Shown here piece after piece: positions 10,511 to 19,604 of a stretch of DNA of 64,000 bases. The notes below the pieces were generated by a model. That model was given only the letters and a program-made list of their open reading frames with translations. It made no database searches and was not told the DNA's origin. Each line of letters begins with the position of its first letter. Position 1 is the stretch's first letter. Location: positions 1,600,001-1,664,000 of the forward strand of contig OZ244044.1 of the NCBI GenBank assembly GCA_965215275.1, written 5' to 3'. The position numbers were made by a program, and so were the translations under genes. This stretch comes from Thermodesulfobacteriota bacterium (GTDB taxonomy: Bacteria; Desulfobacterota_D; UBA1144; Nemesobacterales; JAJCZQ01).

Positions 10511-13500
10511 ATGGTCATAGCTGCAAAAGGAGAGAGCAGATTAGAAGACCAGTTATCTGAATGCAGAGATATCAGTGCAGACACGGAAGACCCGTTATAC
10601 GGATGTCAGTGGCATCTGAAGAACACGGGGCAGTTTATTTATTCAGGAAAGGAAATAACGGCAGGAGAAGATATAAACATAGAGGGTGTGTGGAACGAAG
10701 ACGTATACGGTTCTGGAATTAACGTAGCAGTTGTAAGTGATGGTATCGACCTTTCACATGAGGACCTTTCTGCAAACGTTGATCCTGGACTGAGCTATAA
10801 CTATTCCGAGAGCGTTGACCTTTCCGACAGTTCATCCTTTACCGGAACACGAGCAGCAGGAGTAATAGCAGCTACTGGATATAACGGACTGGGAGTAAGA
10901 GGAGTTGCACCCGGTGCAAGTATATACAGTAATGAGTTAACTGGTGATAACAGGGAAGTTGCCGCAGGGGATGCAATGGTCCGTAATAAGGAAATAACAG
11001 CAGTATCTGTTAACGACTGGGGACCGGAAGATAAATATTCTCTTGCTCAGGCATCAACTGTCTGGGAAGAAGGATTGGAACTTGGAATAAGTAAAGGGTT
11101 TTATGGTAAAGGTGTGTTTTACGTCCGGGGAGCAGGGGACGGGCATGAAAGAGGAGATCAGGCTAATTTTAATGAATATTCCAGCTATTACGGAGTAACA
11201 GCCGTTTGTTCAACGGACGGTTATGGAAAAAAGAGTATTTTTTCAGAAGAGGGAGTAAATCTATGGGTATGTGCACCTGGTTCTGATATTGTAACCACAG
11301 ATAACAACAACGATTACGTTGTAACTTCCGGAACTGTTCTATCAGCTTCACAGGCTGGAGGAGTGGCAGCACTGCTGAGAGAGATAAATGTAGATCTGAG
11401 CTGGAGGGATATAAAGCTTATACTTGCGGGTTCAGCACGGCAGAACGATTTTTCTGACGTGAGCTGGGAGACTGGAGCTGTTAAATACGGTTCTGATACG
11501 GAAAGATATAAATATAATCCTAAGTATGGTTTTGGCGTGGTAGACGCAGAAGCAGCCGCAGAACTTGCAAAAAGCTGGAAAGGCGTTGGTGAAATGAGGA
11601 CCGTTACAGCTTCTTCAGATAATGAACTGACAATCCCTGATAGAGATGGAGAAGCAGATGGGGTCCTTGTCTCCAGACTTATGATACCGGACCTGGAGGT
11701 AACATTTACGGAATTCGTTGAGGTAGAACTTGTTTTTTCTCATGACCGCTTACAGGACCTTGATATACAGATAACCTCTCCTTCCGGAACAACGTCTGAG
11801 CTTGTAAGGGAGTTTTCAGTTGAGGAAGAAGACGCTGAGATCAGTTATGTAAGAAGAACACATCGTTTCGGGTCGGCTAAGCACCTCGGAGAAGACCCTT
11901 CCGGAGAATGGATTCTCAATATAGCCGATACTGCTTCCGGAGATGAAGAAGATGGAGAAGAAGTGGGGACCTTACACTCCTGGAGCATTAAGGTATACGG
12001 GAATAAGAAGGGGGATACCGCTGCAGACCTTGCTAAGGAGATAACTCCTAAGGCTTTAACCTTCGGTGGTGCGACAGTTCAGGATCAGGTGTACAGAGCA
12101 GGAACTCAGATAACACCATTAGTACTGCCTGAGGCGACCGGGGCAGAAGGAATAACGTACAGTATAAGACCTGCTCCACCTGCTGGACTGAATTATAACG
12201 ATAATACCAGAACTATAAGCGGAACACCAACTGCTTCGCAGTCTAATATCCGTTATCAACATATTGCCAGAGACAAAGATGGGAAGACGACGAGTGTAGC
12301 GTTCCATATCAGGGTAAGGTTCCGTAACTCCACAACGCCGAGTTTCAGAGAGACTATCCCGGATCAGAACTATGTAACGGGGAGATCAATAACGCCACTG
12401 GTGTTCCCTCGTGCAACAGGAGGGGATGGTCAGCTAAGTTACAGTTTTGACGGCACTTTAAATAACTTACCAGGTGGATTGAGCCTTACCAGCAATCCGT
12501 TTAGGATAATTGGAACACCAAGTAATGCGGGGACAAGTACCTGGCAATGGACCGCTACTGACGCAGACGGGGATACGGCTACACTTGAGTTCAGGATAAG
12601 GATAAGAGCTGCAGCTGACGTTCCGGACTTCGGCGATACGCAGGTGAGGGATCAGACGTTTGGTAACGGCAGAACAATAAGTCTGGGAATGCCTGTGGCA
12701 GATGGAGGTAATGGAACTTTAAATTACAGTATAACTCCTGCCTTGCCTAATGGATTGACCTATACCAGTAACAACCGACAGATAAATGGAACGATCAACG
12801 TCTCTGGACAACTTCCTGTAACTACTACTTATACCTACAAGGTAACTGACTCTGATACAGATACTGATGACGGTGATTCTGATACTCTGACTTTCTCTTT
12901 TACGATAGAAGCTAATTCAGTGCCAAACTTCGGCAGTCAGACGGTAGAGGGTCAGGTGTATGCTACTGGGCAACAGGTAACGTTGACTCTGCCTCTTGCA
13001 ACGGGAGGGAATGGAAATTTAAGTTACAGTATAATCGGTGCTCTACCTTCCGGATTGAGTTTTAACCCAACCACCCGGGAGATAAGTGGAACACCAACTA
13101 CCGTAAAGTCTGCGAGGACTTATACATATAGAGCAAGGGACGATGATCTGGACACGGATACTATCACCTTCTCTATTACGATAACGGCCCTGTCCTTTGA
13201 CGGGCAGGTACCTTCTTCTCCTGTTTTGTACTCAGCAGAAAGACGAATAACACCAGTAACGCTGCCTGTGGCAACGGGAGGAGGTACTGCTCCATATACT
13301 TACAGTTTAACCCCTCGTTTACCTGATGGATTGAGTTTTAACCCAACCACCCGGGTTATAAGTGGAACACCGACTGCTGCGACGCCTTTGAATACTTATA
13401 CGTATACCGTTACAGACAGTAACGGAGTTACGGTGGAGATGACGTTCGATATTGCTGTAAGAGCACACTTTTCAGGCCTTACGATACAAAGTAAGGTGTA

Positions 13501-14488
13501 TACAGTCGGGACGGCAGTAATGGAAATGCTGCCTGAGGCAACTGGACATAATGGAACGGTAACATACAGTTTAACTCCTGAATTACCTTCCGGACTGGAT
13601 TTTACCCCTGCTACACGAGTGATAAGCGGAAGACCGACTGCTACACAGAATACGAGGCTTTATACGTATACTGATACTACCGGTACAGGTGGACCTGCTC
13701 GAACTTTGGTGTTCCATATCACGGTAAGAACAGAACCCAACACAATGCCGACCTTCGGCAGTGAAACTATAGATAATAAGGTGTATATAAACGGAGAAGC
13801 AGTAAATGAAACACTGCCTGAAGCAACGTCAGGGAATGCACCATTAACTTACAGCTTAAGTACTAATTTAGCAGGAGGTCGGCTAATTAACGGATTAAGT
13901 TTTAACAGAAACACCAGAGTATTAAGTGGAACACCTGATCTCAATCCAGTTCCACTTCCTGTAACTGTGAATCATACATATAAAGTAAGAGACAATGATG
14001 GAGATACAGCAGAGATAACGTTCAGTATAACAGTAGAAGAAGACAGCGAACCGGACTTCAGCGGTGTGACAATACCAGATCGTGTGTACACGGGTAGAAC
14101 AATAGAGCTGCCAGAGGCAGCGGGAGGGAATTTACCGGTTACATACAGTATAACGCCTGGTTTACCAGCGGGATTGAGTTTTAACGGTAGTACCAGAAGG
14201 ATAAGTGGGACACCCAGGAGTGCATCGACAAGAACTTACACGTATACGGCAACGGACAGGAATGGAGATATGGACACATTGGATTTCATGTTCAGTGTAG
14301 AGGTTACTTCTTCTCCACCACCACCAAATCCAAGACCAGCACCAGATACTGAAGCTGGTGGAGGAGGATGTGCGGTCTCAGAGCAGAGCAGCGTTGCTTC
14401 TGATATTCTCGGAGTAATGACATGTCTGATACTTATACCTGTATCTGTAACGATAAGAAGAAAGAGAAGATCTCATATAAAGACGTAG
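10511..14488 (+). CDS. Large surface protein: degenerate S8 (kexin-like) domain, P-domain, 8 Ig-like (He_PIG-type) repeats, GGGC-TM-basic tail; true 5' end lies upstream across poly-C tracts
   Basis: QWHLKNTGQ, LSWRDIKLIL, YGFGVVDA, GEWILNIAD; repeated LP.GL.FN..TR.ISGTP units; C-terminal GGGGCAV plus hydrophobic segment plus RRKRR. Confidence 0.85.
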   Translation: MVIAAKGESRLEDQLSECRDISADTEDPLYGCQWHLKNTGQFIYSGKEITAGEDINIEGVWNEDVYGSGINVAVVSDGIDLSHEDLSANVDPGLSYNYSESVDLSDSSSFTGTRAAGVIAATGYNGLGVRGVAPGASIYSNELTGDNREVAAGDAMVRNKEITAVSVNDWGPEDKYSLAQASTVWEEGLELGISKGFYGKGVFYVRGAGDGHERGDQANFNEYSSYYGVTAVCSTDGYGKKSIFSEEGVNLWVCAPGSDIVTTDNNNDYVVTSGTVLSASQAGGVAALLREINVDLSWRDIKLILAGSARQNDFSDVSWETGAVKYGSDTERYKYNPKYGFGVVDAEAAAELAKSWKGVGEMRTVTASSDNELTIPDRDGEADGVLVSRLMIPDLEVTFTEFVEVELVFSHDRLQDLDIQITSPSGTTSELVREFSVEEEDAEISYVRRTHRFGSAKHLGEDPSGEWILNIADTASGDEEDGEEVGTLHSWSIKVYGNKKGDTAADLAKEITPKALTFGGATVQDQVYRAGTQITPLVLPEATGAEGITYSIRPAPPAGLNYNDNTRTISGTPTASQSNIRYQHIARDKDGKTTSVAFHIRVRFRNSTTPSFRETIPDQNYVTGRSITPLVFPRATGGDGQLSYSFDGTLNNLPGGLSLTSNPFRIIGTPSNAGTSTWQWTATDADGDTATLEFRIRIRAAADVPDFGDTQVRDQTFGNGRTISLGMPVADGGNGTLNYSITPALPNGLTYTSNNRQINGTINVSGQLPVTTTYTYKVTDSDTDTDDGDSDTLTFSFTIEANSVPNFGSQTVEGQVYATGQQVTLTLPLATGGNGNLSYSIIGALPSGLSFNPTTREISGTPTTVKSARTYTYRARDDDLDTDTITFSITITALSFDGQVPSSPVLYSAERRITPVTLPVATGGGTAPYTYSLTPRLPDGLSFNPTTRVISGTPTAATPLNTYTYTVTDSNGVTVEMTFDIAVRAHFSGLTIQSKVYTVGTAVMEMLPEATGHNGTVTYSLTPELPSGLDFTPATRVISGRPTATQNTRLYTYTDTTGTGGPARTLVFHITVRTEPNTMPTFGSETIDNKVYINGEAVNETLPEATSGNAPLTYSLSTNLAGGRLINGLSFNRNTRVLSGTPDLNPVPLPVTVNHTYKVRDNDGDTAEITFSITVEEDSEPDFSGVTIPDRVYTGRTIELPEAAGGNLPVTYSITPGLPAGLSFNGSTRRISGTPRSASTRTYTYTATDRNGDMDTLDFMFSVEVTSSPPPPNPRPAPDTEAGGGGCAVSEQSSVASDILGVMTCLILIPVSVTIRRKRRSHIKT
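12055..14305 (+). repeat. Eight tandem ~90-100-aa Ig-like repeats
   Basis: Recurring F...T..D.VY..G...LPEATGG...TYS..P.LP.GL.F...TR.ISGTP...YTY..TD motif; boundaries approximate. Confidence 0.85.
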
Positions 14489-14792
14489 CAATGAGGTCCT
14501 TTCAAAGGCATTGAACTGACTGATATCTTTCCCGTCAGAATACCTGCTGGCTGCTTACGGAAAAAGAAACGGTATCTCTCCGTTAAAGTCCTGTTTTTTT
14601 GTCTTCAATGTTCTTATTACCTCAAAGGTCTGACTACAAGGTCTTTCACCCGATATGAATATGCGCCTGTTAAAAACGTCTTTTTTATTCATTTGGAGTA
14701 GTTCCTGTATAATTCCCTAATATTTTTAATTAGCTTCTATGGTTTATACAGGAATAGCTGTTATACTATATAAACTTGTAACGGAGAAAACA

Positions 14793-15287
14793 ATGCCTCT
14801 TTACGAATATGAATGCGATAGCTGTATGCAGAATTACAATGACGATATAGATGTCCTCGTTCAGAAACTGAACAAGACGAATGCGTCCAGGGTCATAAAG
14901 AAAAATCCTAATATTTCCTTTATTGAGGTTAAGGAAGAAGGAAAGAACGGTTTTTCGATCGGTAAGAAAAACACACCGAGCATACGAAGGTTCATACATA
15001 AGATAAATAAAAAGATACTGTATATGGAACTTAAAAACTTTCGCTTTAGTGAACTTATAACAGAAAAGGGTGATGAAAAAGATCTTGTGTGTCCGCTGTG
15101 CAAGGACGGCAGATCCATCCGAAGGGTCTTTTCAACGTTCAAGGCAATATTTGATGATAAGAACAAAAGAGCTCCCAGACCCGGAGACGATATAAAGTTC
15201 CACATGGACTATAAGGTCCAGAAAGATGAAGAGATGAGAAATGACTGGGTGGGACAGGACCATCTGAATCAGTACTTCAACAGATAG
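14793..15287 (+). CDS. FmdB-like zinc-ribbon protein with internal insertion
   Basis: MPLYEYECDSC ... CPLC...RRVFS; GGAG RBS before ATG 14793 (ORF track starts at 14739). Confidence 0.65.
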   Translation: MPLYEYECDSCMQNYNDDIDVLVQKLNKTNASRVIKKNPNISFIEVKEEGKNGFSIGKKNTPSIRRFIHKINKKILYMELKNFRFSELITEKGDEKDLVCPLCKDGRSIRRVFSTFKAIFDDKNKRAPRPGDDIKFHMDYKVQKDEEMRNDWVGQDHLNQYFNR

Positions 15288-15297
15288 GAAAAAAACA

Positions 15298-15780
15298 ATG
15301 CCTCTTTACGAGTTTGAATGTATAAAATGCAGGAACAATGTTGAGAGTTCCTTAAAGGTCTTAAAAAAGAAAAGAGATAAGAAAACTGTCGCAGGCCTTA
15401 TTGATAAACATAAGAACATTAATGCCATTGAGGTCGTGGACCTGAATAAGAACAAGATCATTGCCAGGCACGGCAAAAGAGGTGACGGTTCAGTTTTTAT
15501 GGATTTTTATCAGGATGAAGGCGAGGTGCTTGTACTCGTTAATATCAGACCTTACAGATTCTCCGAGTTGATCTACGAACCGGAGGATGAGAAAAAAATA
15601 AAATGCCGCTGTGGTGAAAAAAAGAAAGTGGAAAAAGTAATATCAGGATTTGCATTTACAAAGGATCTTTCCACTAATATGCCAAAGCCCGACCTGTCCA
15701 ATCTGCCCGCTTCGGTCAGGGACAGGACGTACATTGGGGATTATATAGAGGAAAAGGACAGACCAAAGAAGAACAGATAG
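15298..15780 (+). CDS. FmdB-like zinc-ribbon protein with internal insertion, paralog
   Basis: MPLYEFECIKC ... RFSELI...CRCG...EKVIS. Confidence 0.65.
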   Translation: MPLYEFECIKCRNNVESSLKVLKKKRDKKTVAGLIDKHKNINAIEVVDLNKNKIIARHGKRGDGSVFMDFYQDEGEVLVLVNIRPYRFSELIYEPEDEKKIKCRCGEKKKVEKVISGFAFTKDLSTNMPKPDLSNLPASVRDRTYIGDYIEEKDRPKKNR

Positions 15781-15792
15781 CAGGTCAGTCCT

Positions 15793-16443
15793 CTAATCCA
15801 TGGTGTAATCGGTTTTCTTTTTACCAAATCTTCTTTCCAGTTCTGTGTTTATGTCCTGCGGACCCAGTTCCAGCTCAGAAAGCAGTACAAGTGAGTGAAA
15901 CCATAGATCGGTGACCTCGTATATAAGTTCTTTTTTGCTCCTGTTCTTGCCTGCTATTATTGTCTCTCCTGCTTCTTCTCCGATCTTTTTCAATATTTTA
16001 TCCATACCGTCACTGAAGAGGCTGCTTACGTAAGATCCCTTGACGGGGTTCTTCTTTCTATCCTCTATGACCTTAAAAACTTTATATATTGCAGGGTCGG
16101 TAAACACGGGAGACAGTTCCTTAGTGGAGTCTGTCCGGGTGTGAAAACAGCTTTGTTCTCCTGTGTGACAGGCCACCCTTGTCTGATCGACCATGATCAG
16201 CAACGTGTCCTTATCACAATCTATGTAGATCTGTCTGACTTTCTGAACGTTCCCTGACTCTTCACCCTTTTTCCATATTTTTTTTCTGGATCTGCTCCAA
16301 AAATGCGTAAAACCCGTTTCAATGGTCAGTTTAACTGTCTCAGCGTTTGCATAAGCGAGCATGAGAACCTGTCCAGTTGTATTATCCTGTATTATTGTGG
16401 GGATTAGCCCATCTTTGTTGAATTTCAGTTCGTTAAGGTCCAT
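15793..16443 (-). CDS. hisIE: Bifunctional phosphoribosyl-AMP cyclohydrolase/phosphoribosyl-ATP pyrophosphatase
   Basis: [36 protein letters not shown]. Confidence 0.96.
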   Translation of the reverse strand: MDLNELKFNKDGLIPTIIQDNTTGQVLMLAYANAETVKLTIETGFTHFWSRSRKKIWKKGEESGNVQKVRQIYIDCDKDTLLIMVDQTRVACHTGEQSCFHTRTDSTKELSPVFTDPAIYKVFKVIEDRKKNPVKGSYVSSLFSDGMDKILKKIGEEAGETIIAGKNRSKKELIYEVTDLWFHSLVLLSELELGPQDINTELERRFGKKKTDYTMD

Positions 16444-16479
16444 GCCTTCTCCCTTTATAAAATGAATACTTTTAAGATA

Positions 16480-16612
16480 GGGAATTATATACTGAATTAG
16501 ACATGATCAGCATACTGTTCTGCAAGCAGGTTTCCTCTAACCCTGTAACCTTTTGGCACTAACGAGTACTCAGCTTGCATCGGGAGACTTTCGTCCTTAT
16601 TCCCACCCGATA
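16480..16612 (-). ncRNA. Predicted omegaRNA scaffold of element A
   Basis: AUCGGG/CCCGAU stem, GAC-GAAA-GUC hairpin, UGCAAGC/GCUUGCA stem, terminal hairpin with the TIR; covaries with B and C; 5' end uncertain. Confidence 0.7.
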
Positions 16613-17954
16613 AAGAGGATAAACCTCTTTTAAGCATGTTCTTCGCAGCATTTGTATCAGCATGTTCCGTATGAGCACAGAAAATACCGACGCATTTAAA
16701 CAGCTCTCCTTTTCTATTTTCTTTATCTATCCATCCACAACGAGAACAGGTTTGTGACGTGTATTGAGCAGGTATCTTATGCAACTTGCCACCAGTGCTT
16801 AAAACCTTGTAATCAAGCTGATTAACAACCTTACCCAATTGCTGTTCTATTAAGGACCTGTTTAATCCTGATTTCTGCTTAATATTCTTACCAGGATCTT
16901 CCACAGTTCCTTTTGCAGATTTAGTCATATTCTTTAATTTTAAATCTTCCGCCATAATGAAATTATGCTTCCTTGAAAGTTCAGTAGTTATTTCGTGTAT
17001 CATGTAATGTTCTCTTTCTGCGACCCTTGCATATTCTTTTGCAAGTATTTGAACTTTCTTCTTTCTGCTGGCAGAACCTTTTACAGCTCTTGAAAGAATC
17101 TTTTGCTTTCTTTTAAGTTCTTTTCTATCCGTTTTTATACCTTTATAAAATGATCCATCTGATAAAGCGATCCTGTTATTTACTCCAAGATCTATCCCTA
17201 TCGGTCTGTCCATACCTCTGTCAACCCCAACTATCGCTTCATAAATAAACTGAATTTCTACTCTTAAAGCCGTTTGCACTATCCTTATATATCTTGTTCC
17301 TTCAGGTATCCTTCCCTTGAAGGAAACCCTGCCAATTCCTTTTATATACAACGAAGTCCTTCTTTCCTGCTTTCTGATCTTGCTTAACAGACGAGTTTCA
17401 AACGACCTGACCTTTCTGGAACTCTTCTTAAATCTCGGATGTCCACCTCGACTGAAAAACCTGTCATACGCACTATCTAATCTTTTTAAAACGGACAATT
17501 GAATCTGACGAAGAACTTTATTAAAAACAGGTTCTTCTTCTCTTATTTCAGTTAATGATTTTGATTGATCCTCATAACTGACCGACTTCTTTTTTAAATC
17601 TTCTTCAGGTAACATCTTCCAGTTTAAAGGATCATCACAAGGTTGAATGTCACTTTTAACACTATTCAACGCTTTATAAACAATGTTCAAATTCTTAACG
17701 GTATTTCCCTTATTATAAGAAATACCCGACTTCCAGTGTGGATAGAAATAAACCCTTAATCTATCTTCTGACAAACCCCATCTCTTCAGCTTCTTGTATT
17801 TTTCATATGCTTCCTTTCTTTCTTCTAAAGCACAGTTATACAAATAAGTTAATTGATCTAAAGTCCTGTCCAGACCTTCATGAGCAGATATATTCAACCC
17901 AGCCGCTCTACGGTCTGTTCTCATCTGTTTTATAATTTTAGTTTCACTATCCAT
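16497..17954 (-). CDS. tnpB: RNA-guided endonuclease TnpB (element A)
   Basis: RuvC GIDLG / AEDL / ADTNAA; Zn finger [30 protein letters not shown] motif. Confidence 0.93.
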   Translation of the reverse strand: MDSETKIIKQMRTDRRAAGLNISAHEGLDRTLDQLTYLYNCALEERKEAYEKYKKLKRWGLSEDRLRVYFYPHWKSGISYNKGNTVKNLNIVYKALNSVKSDIQPCDDPLNWKMLPEEDLKKKSVSYEDQSKSLTEIREEEPVFNKVLRQIQLSVLKRLDSAYDRFFSRGGHPRFKKSSRKVRSFETRLLSKIRKQERRTSLYIKGIGRVSFKGRIPEGTRYIRIVQTALRVEIQFIYEAIVGVDRGMDRPIGIDLGVNNRIALSDGSFYKGIKTDRKELKRKQKILSRAVKGSASRKKKVQILAKEYARVAEREHYMIHEITTELSRKHNFIMAEDLKLKNMTKSAKGTVEDPGKNIKQKSGLNRSLIEQQLGKVVNQLDYKVLSTGGKLHKIPAQYTSQTCSRCGWIDKENRKGELFKCVGIFCAHTEHADTNAAKNMLKRGLSSLSGGNKDESLPMQAEYSLVPKGYRVRGNLLAEQYADHV

Positions 17955-18122
17955 CGTCTACAACACAACAACCGATCTATTAACTGCTTTCAAATTCGTC
18001 TCCTGTCTAATTAAGTATATAATTCCCTTAAGATATTATAATTGGGAATAATATACTTTAGTAAACAAAAGACAGGCAAATAGCTTTGATAGTGCTGTAA
18101 AATTAGGGAATTATATATAGAT

Positions 18123-19577
18123 ATGGATAGTGAAGGAAGTGTGATCAGAAAGACGAGAGTAGACCTCAGGGCGGTTAAGTTGGATCCGTCTGCTCATAAG
18201 AAACTGGAATCTATGTTAAACCAGCTTACCTATCTTTATAACCGAGCTCGTGAAGAAAGGATAAGATCATATGATAAATATGAGAAACTGATGAAATGGG
18301 GTTTATCAGAAAAGAGATTTAAGACGTATTTCTATCCCCACTGGAAGTCTGGACTTTCTTATAATAAAGGTAATACAGTTAAACATATAGACAAGGTATA
18401 TATAGCTCTTAACAGGGTTAGAAGTGAAGTCCGACCTTGTAACGACCCGTTAAACTGGAGAGAGTTATCAGAAAAAGAAATAGGAAAGAAGTCGATCAGT
18501 TACGAAGATCAGGCAAGATCACTGACGGAAATAAGGAACGACCTTTTACTGTCTGATGAGTTTAGTAAGGTTGACGCTCAAGCGCAACAGCGGACGTTAC
18601 AAAGACTGGATAAGGCTTATAAAGAATATCTAAAAGGGATACGTGGTCGTCCGAGATATAAGAACAGTAGCAGAAAGATAAAAAGTTTTGAAACTTACCA
18701 ATGGAGTAGAGTTAAGAAACAAGACAGAAGAACTTCCTTGTCCGTAAAAGGAGCAGGCAGGATGAGTTTCAAAGGCAGGATACCGGAAGGAACTAAATAC
18801 ATAAGGATAGTAAGAACTGCTTTAAGAGTAGAGATACAGTTTGTATATGAAACAGTTGCAGGAGTGGACAGAGGGTCAGACAGACCGATAGGGATAGATC
18901 TCGGAGTGAAGAACAGAATTACCTTATCGGATGGAACTTTCTATAAAGGAACAGAAATAGACAGGAAGGAACTTAAAAGAAAGCAAAGAGCAATAAGCAG
19001 AGCTGAAAAAGGTTCTAACAACAGAAACAAGAAGAAAACAGCTTATGCCAAAGAACGTGCAAGGACCACTGAAAGGGAACATAATAAAATACATGAATTA
19101 ACTACAGGGATAGTAAAGGGTCATGGTAATCATTTTATAGTAGAAGATCTGAAGTTAAAGAACATGACAAAGTCCGCTAAGGGGACCGTGAAAGATCCTG
19201 GCAAGAAAGTAAAGCAGAAATCGGGATTGAACAGGTCTATACAGGAGCAGCAATTGGGAAAGGTCATTAGTCAGCTTACTTACAAGGTTGAGAGCACTGG
19301 AGGTAAGATAATAAGAGTTCCATCCCGATACACAAGCCAGACCTGTTCTGCATGCGGATATGCAGCTAAAAAGAACAGAAAAGGAGAGTTATTTAAGTGC
19401 ATGTCCTGTGGTTATAAAGGCCATGCTGACTTAAACGCAGCTAATAACGTTCTCAAAAGAGGTTTATTCTTTTTGTCGGGTGGGAATAAGGACGAGAGTC
19501 TCCCGGTGCAAGCTGGGAACGTTATATCAAAAGAGAACGGGGTCAGAGGGACTCTGCTTGCAGAACAGTATATTTAG
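18123..19577 (+). CDS. tnpB: RNA-guided endonuclease TnpB (element B)
   Basis: GIDLG / VEDL / ADLNAA; CSAC..CMSC; clear paralog of the element A protein. Confidence 0.93.
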   Translation: MDSEGSVIRKTRVDLRAVKLDPSAHKKLESMLNQLTYLYNRAREERIRSYDKYEKLMKWGLSEKRFKTYFYPHWKSGLSYNKGNTVKHIDKVYIALNRVRSEVRPCNDPLNWRELSEKEIGKKSISYEDQARSLTEIRNDLLLSDEFSKVDAQAQQRTLQRLDKAYKEYLKGIRGRPRYKNSSRKIKSFETYQWSRVKKQDRRTSLSVKGAGRMSFKGRIPEGTKYIRIVRTALRVEIQFVYETVAGVDRGSDRPIGIDLGVKNRITLSDGTFYKGTEIDRKELKRKQRAISRAEKGSNNRNKKKTAYAKERARTTEREHNKIHELTTGIVKGHGNHFIVEDLKLKNMTKSAKGTVKDPGKKVKQKSGLNRSIQEQQLGKVISQLTYKVESTGGKIIRVPSRYTSQTCSACGYAAKKNRKGELFKCMSCGYKGHADLNAANNVLKRGLFFLSGGNKDESLPVQAGNVISKENGVRGTLLAEQYI

Positions 19578-19604
19578 TATTTGTTTACTAAATGTATAAT
19601 TCCC
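19475..19604 (+). ncRNA. Predicted omegaRNA scaffold of element B
   Basis: GUCGGG/CCCGGU, GAC-GAGA-GUC, UGCAAGC/GCUUGCA, and 12-bp terminal hairpin GUAUAUUUAGUA/UACUAAAUGUAU. Confidence 0.7.

Larger units (their letters stand above)
16480..18027 (-). mobile_element. Non-autonomous tnpB element A with TIRs and 8-bp TSD (IS1595/ISNwi1-like ends)
   Basis: GGGAATTATATACTGAATTAGACATGA at 16480 vs TCCTGTCTAATTAAGTATATAATTCCC ending 18027 (25/27 inverted match); TTAAGATA on both sides (16472-16479, 18028-18035). Confidence 0.9.
18044..19604 (+). mobile_element. Non-autonomous tnpB element B with TIRs and 8-bp TSD
   Basis: Left GGGAATAATATACTTTAGTAAACAAA, right TTTGTTTACTAAATGTATAATTCCC (2 mismatches, 1 gap); flanks TTATAATT 18036-18043 and TTATAGTT 19605-19612 (7/8). 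Confidence 0.85.

Noticed and set aside
12055..14305. Diversity-generating retroelement acting on the Ig repeats
   Set aside because: No reverse transcriptase, and repeat differences are not adenine-specific.
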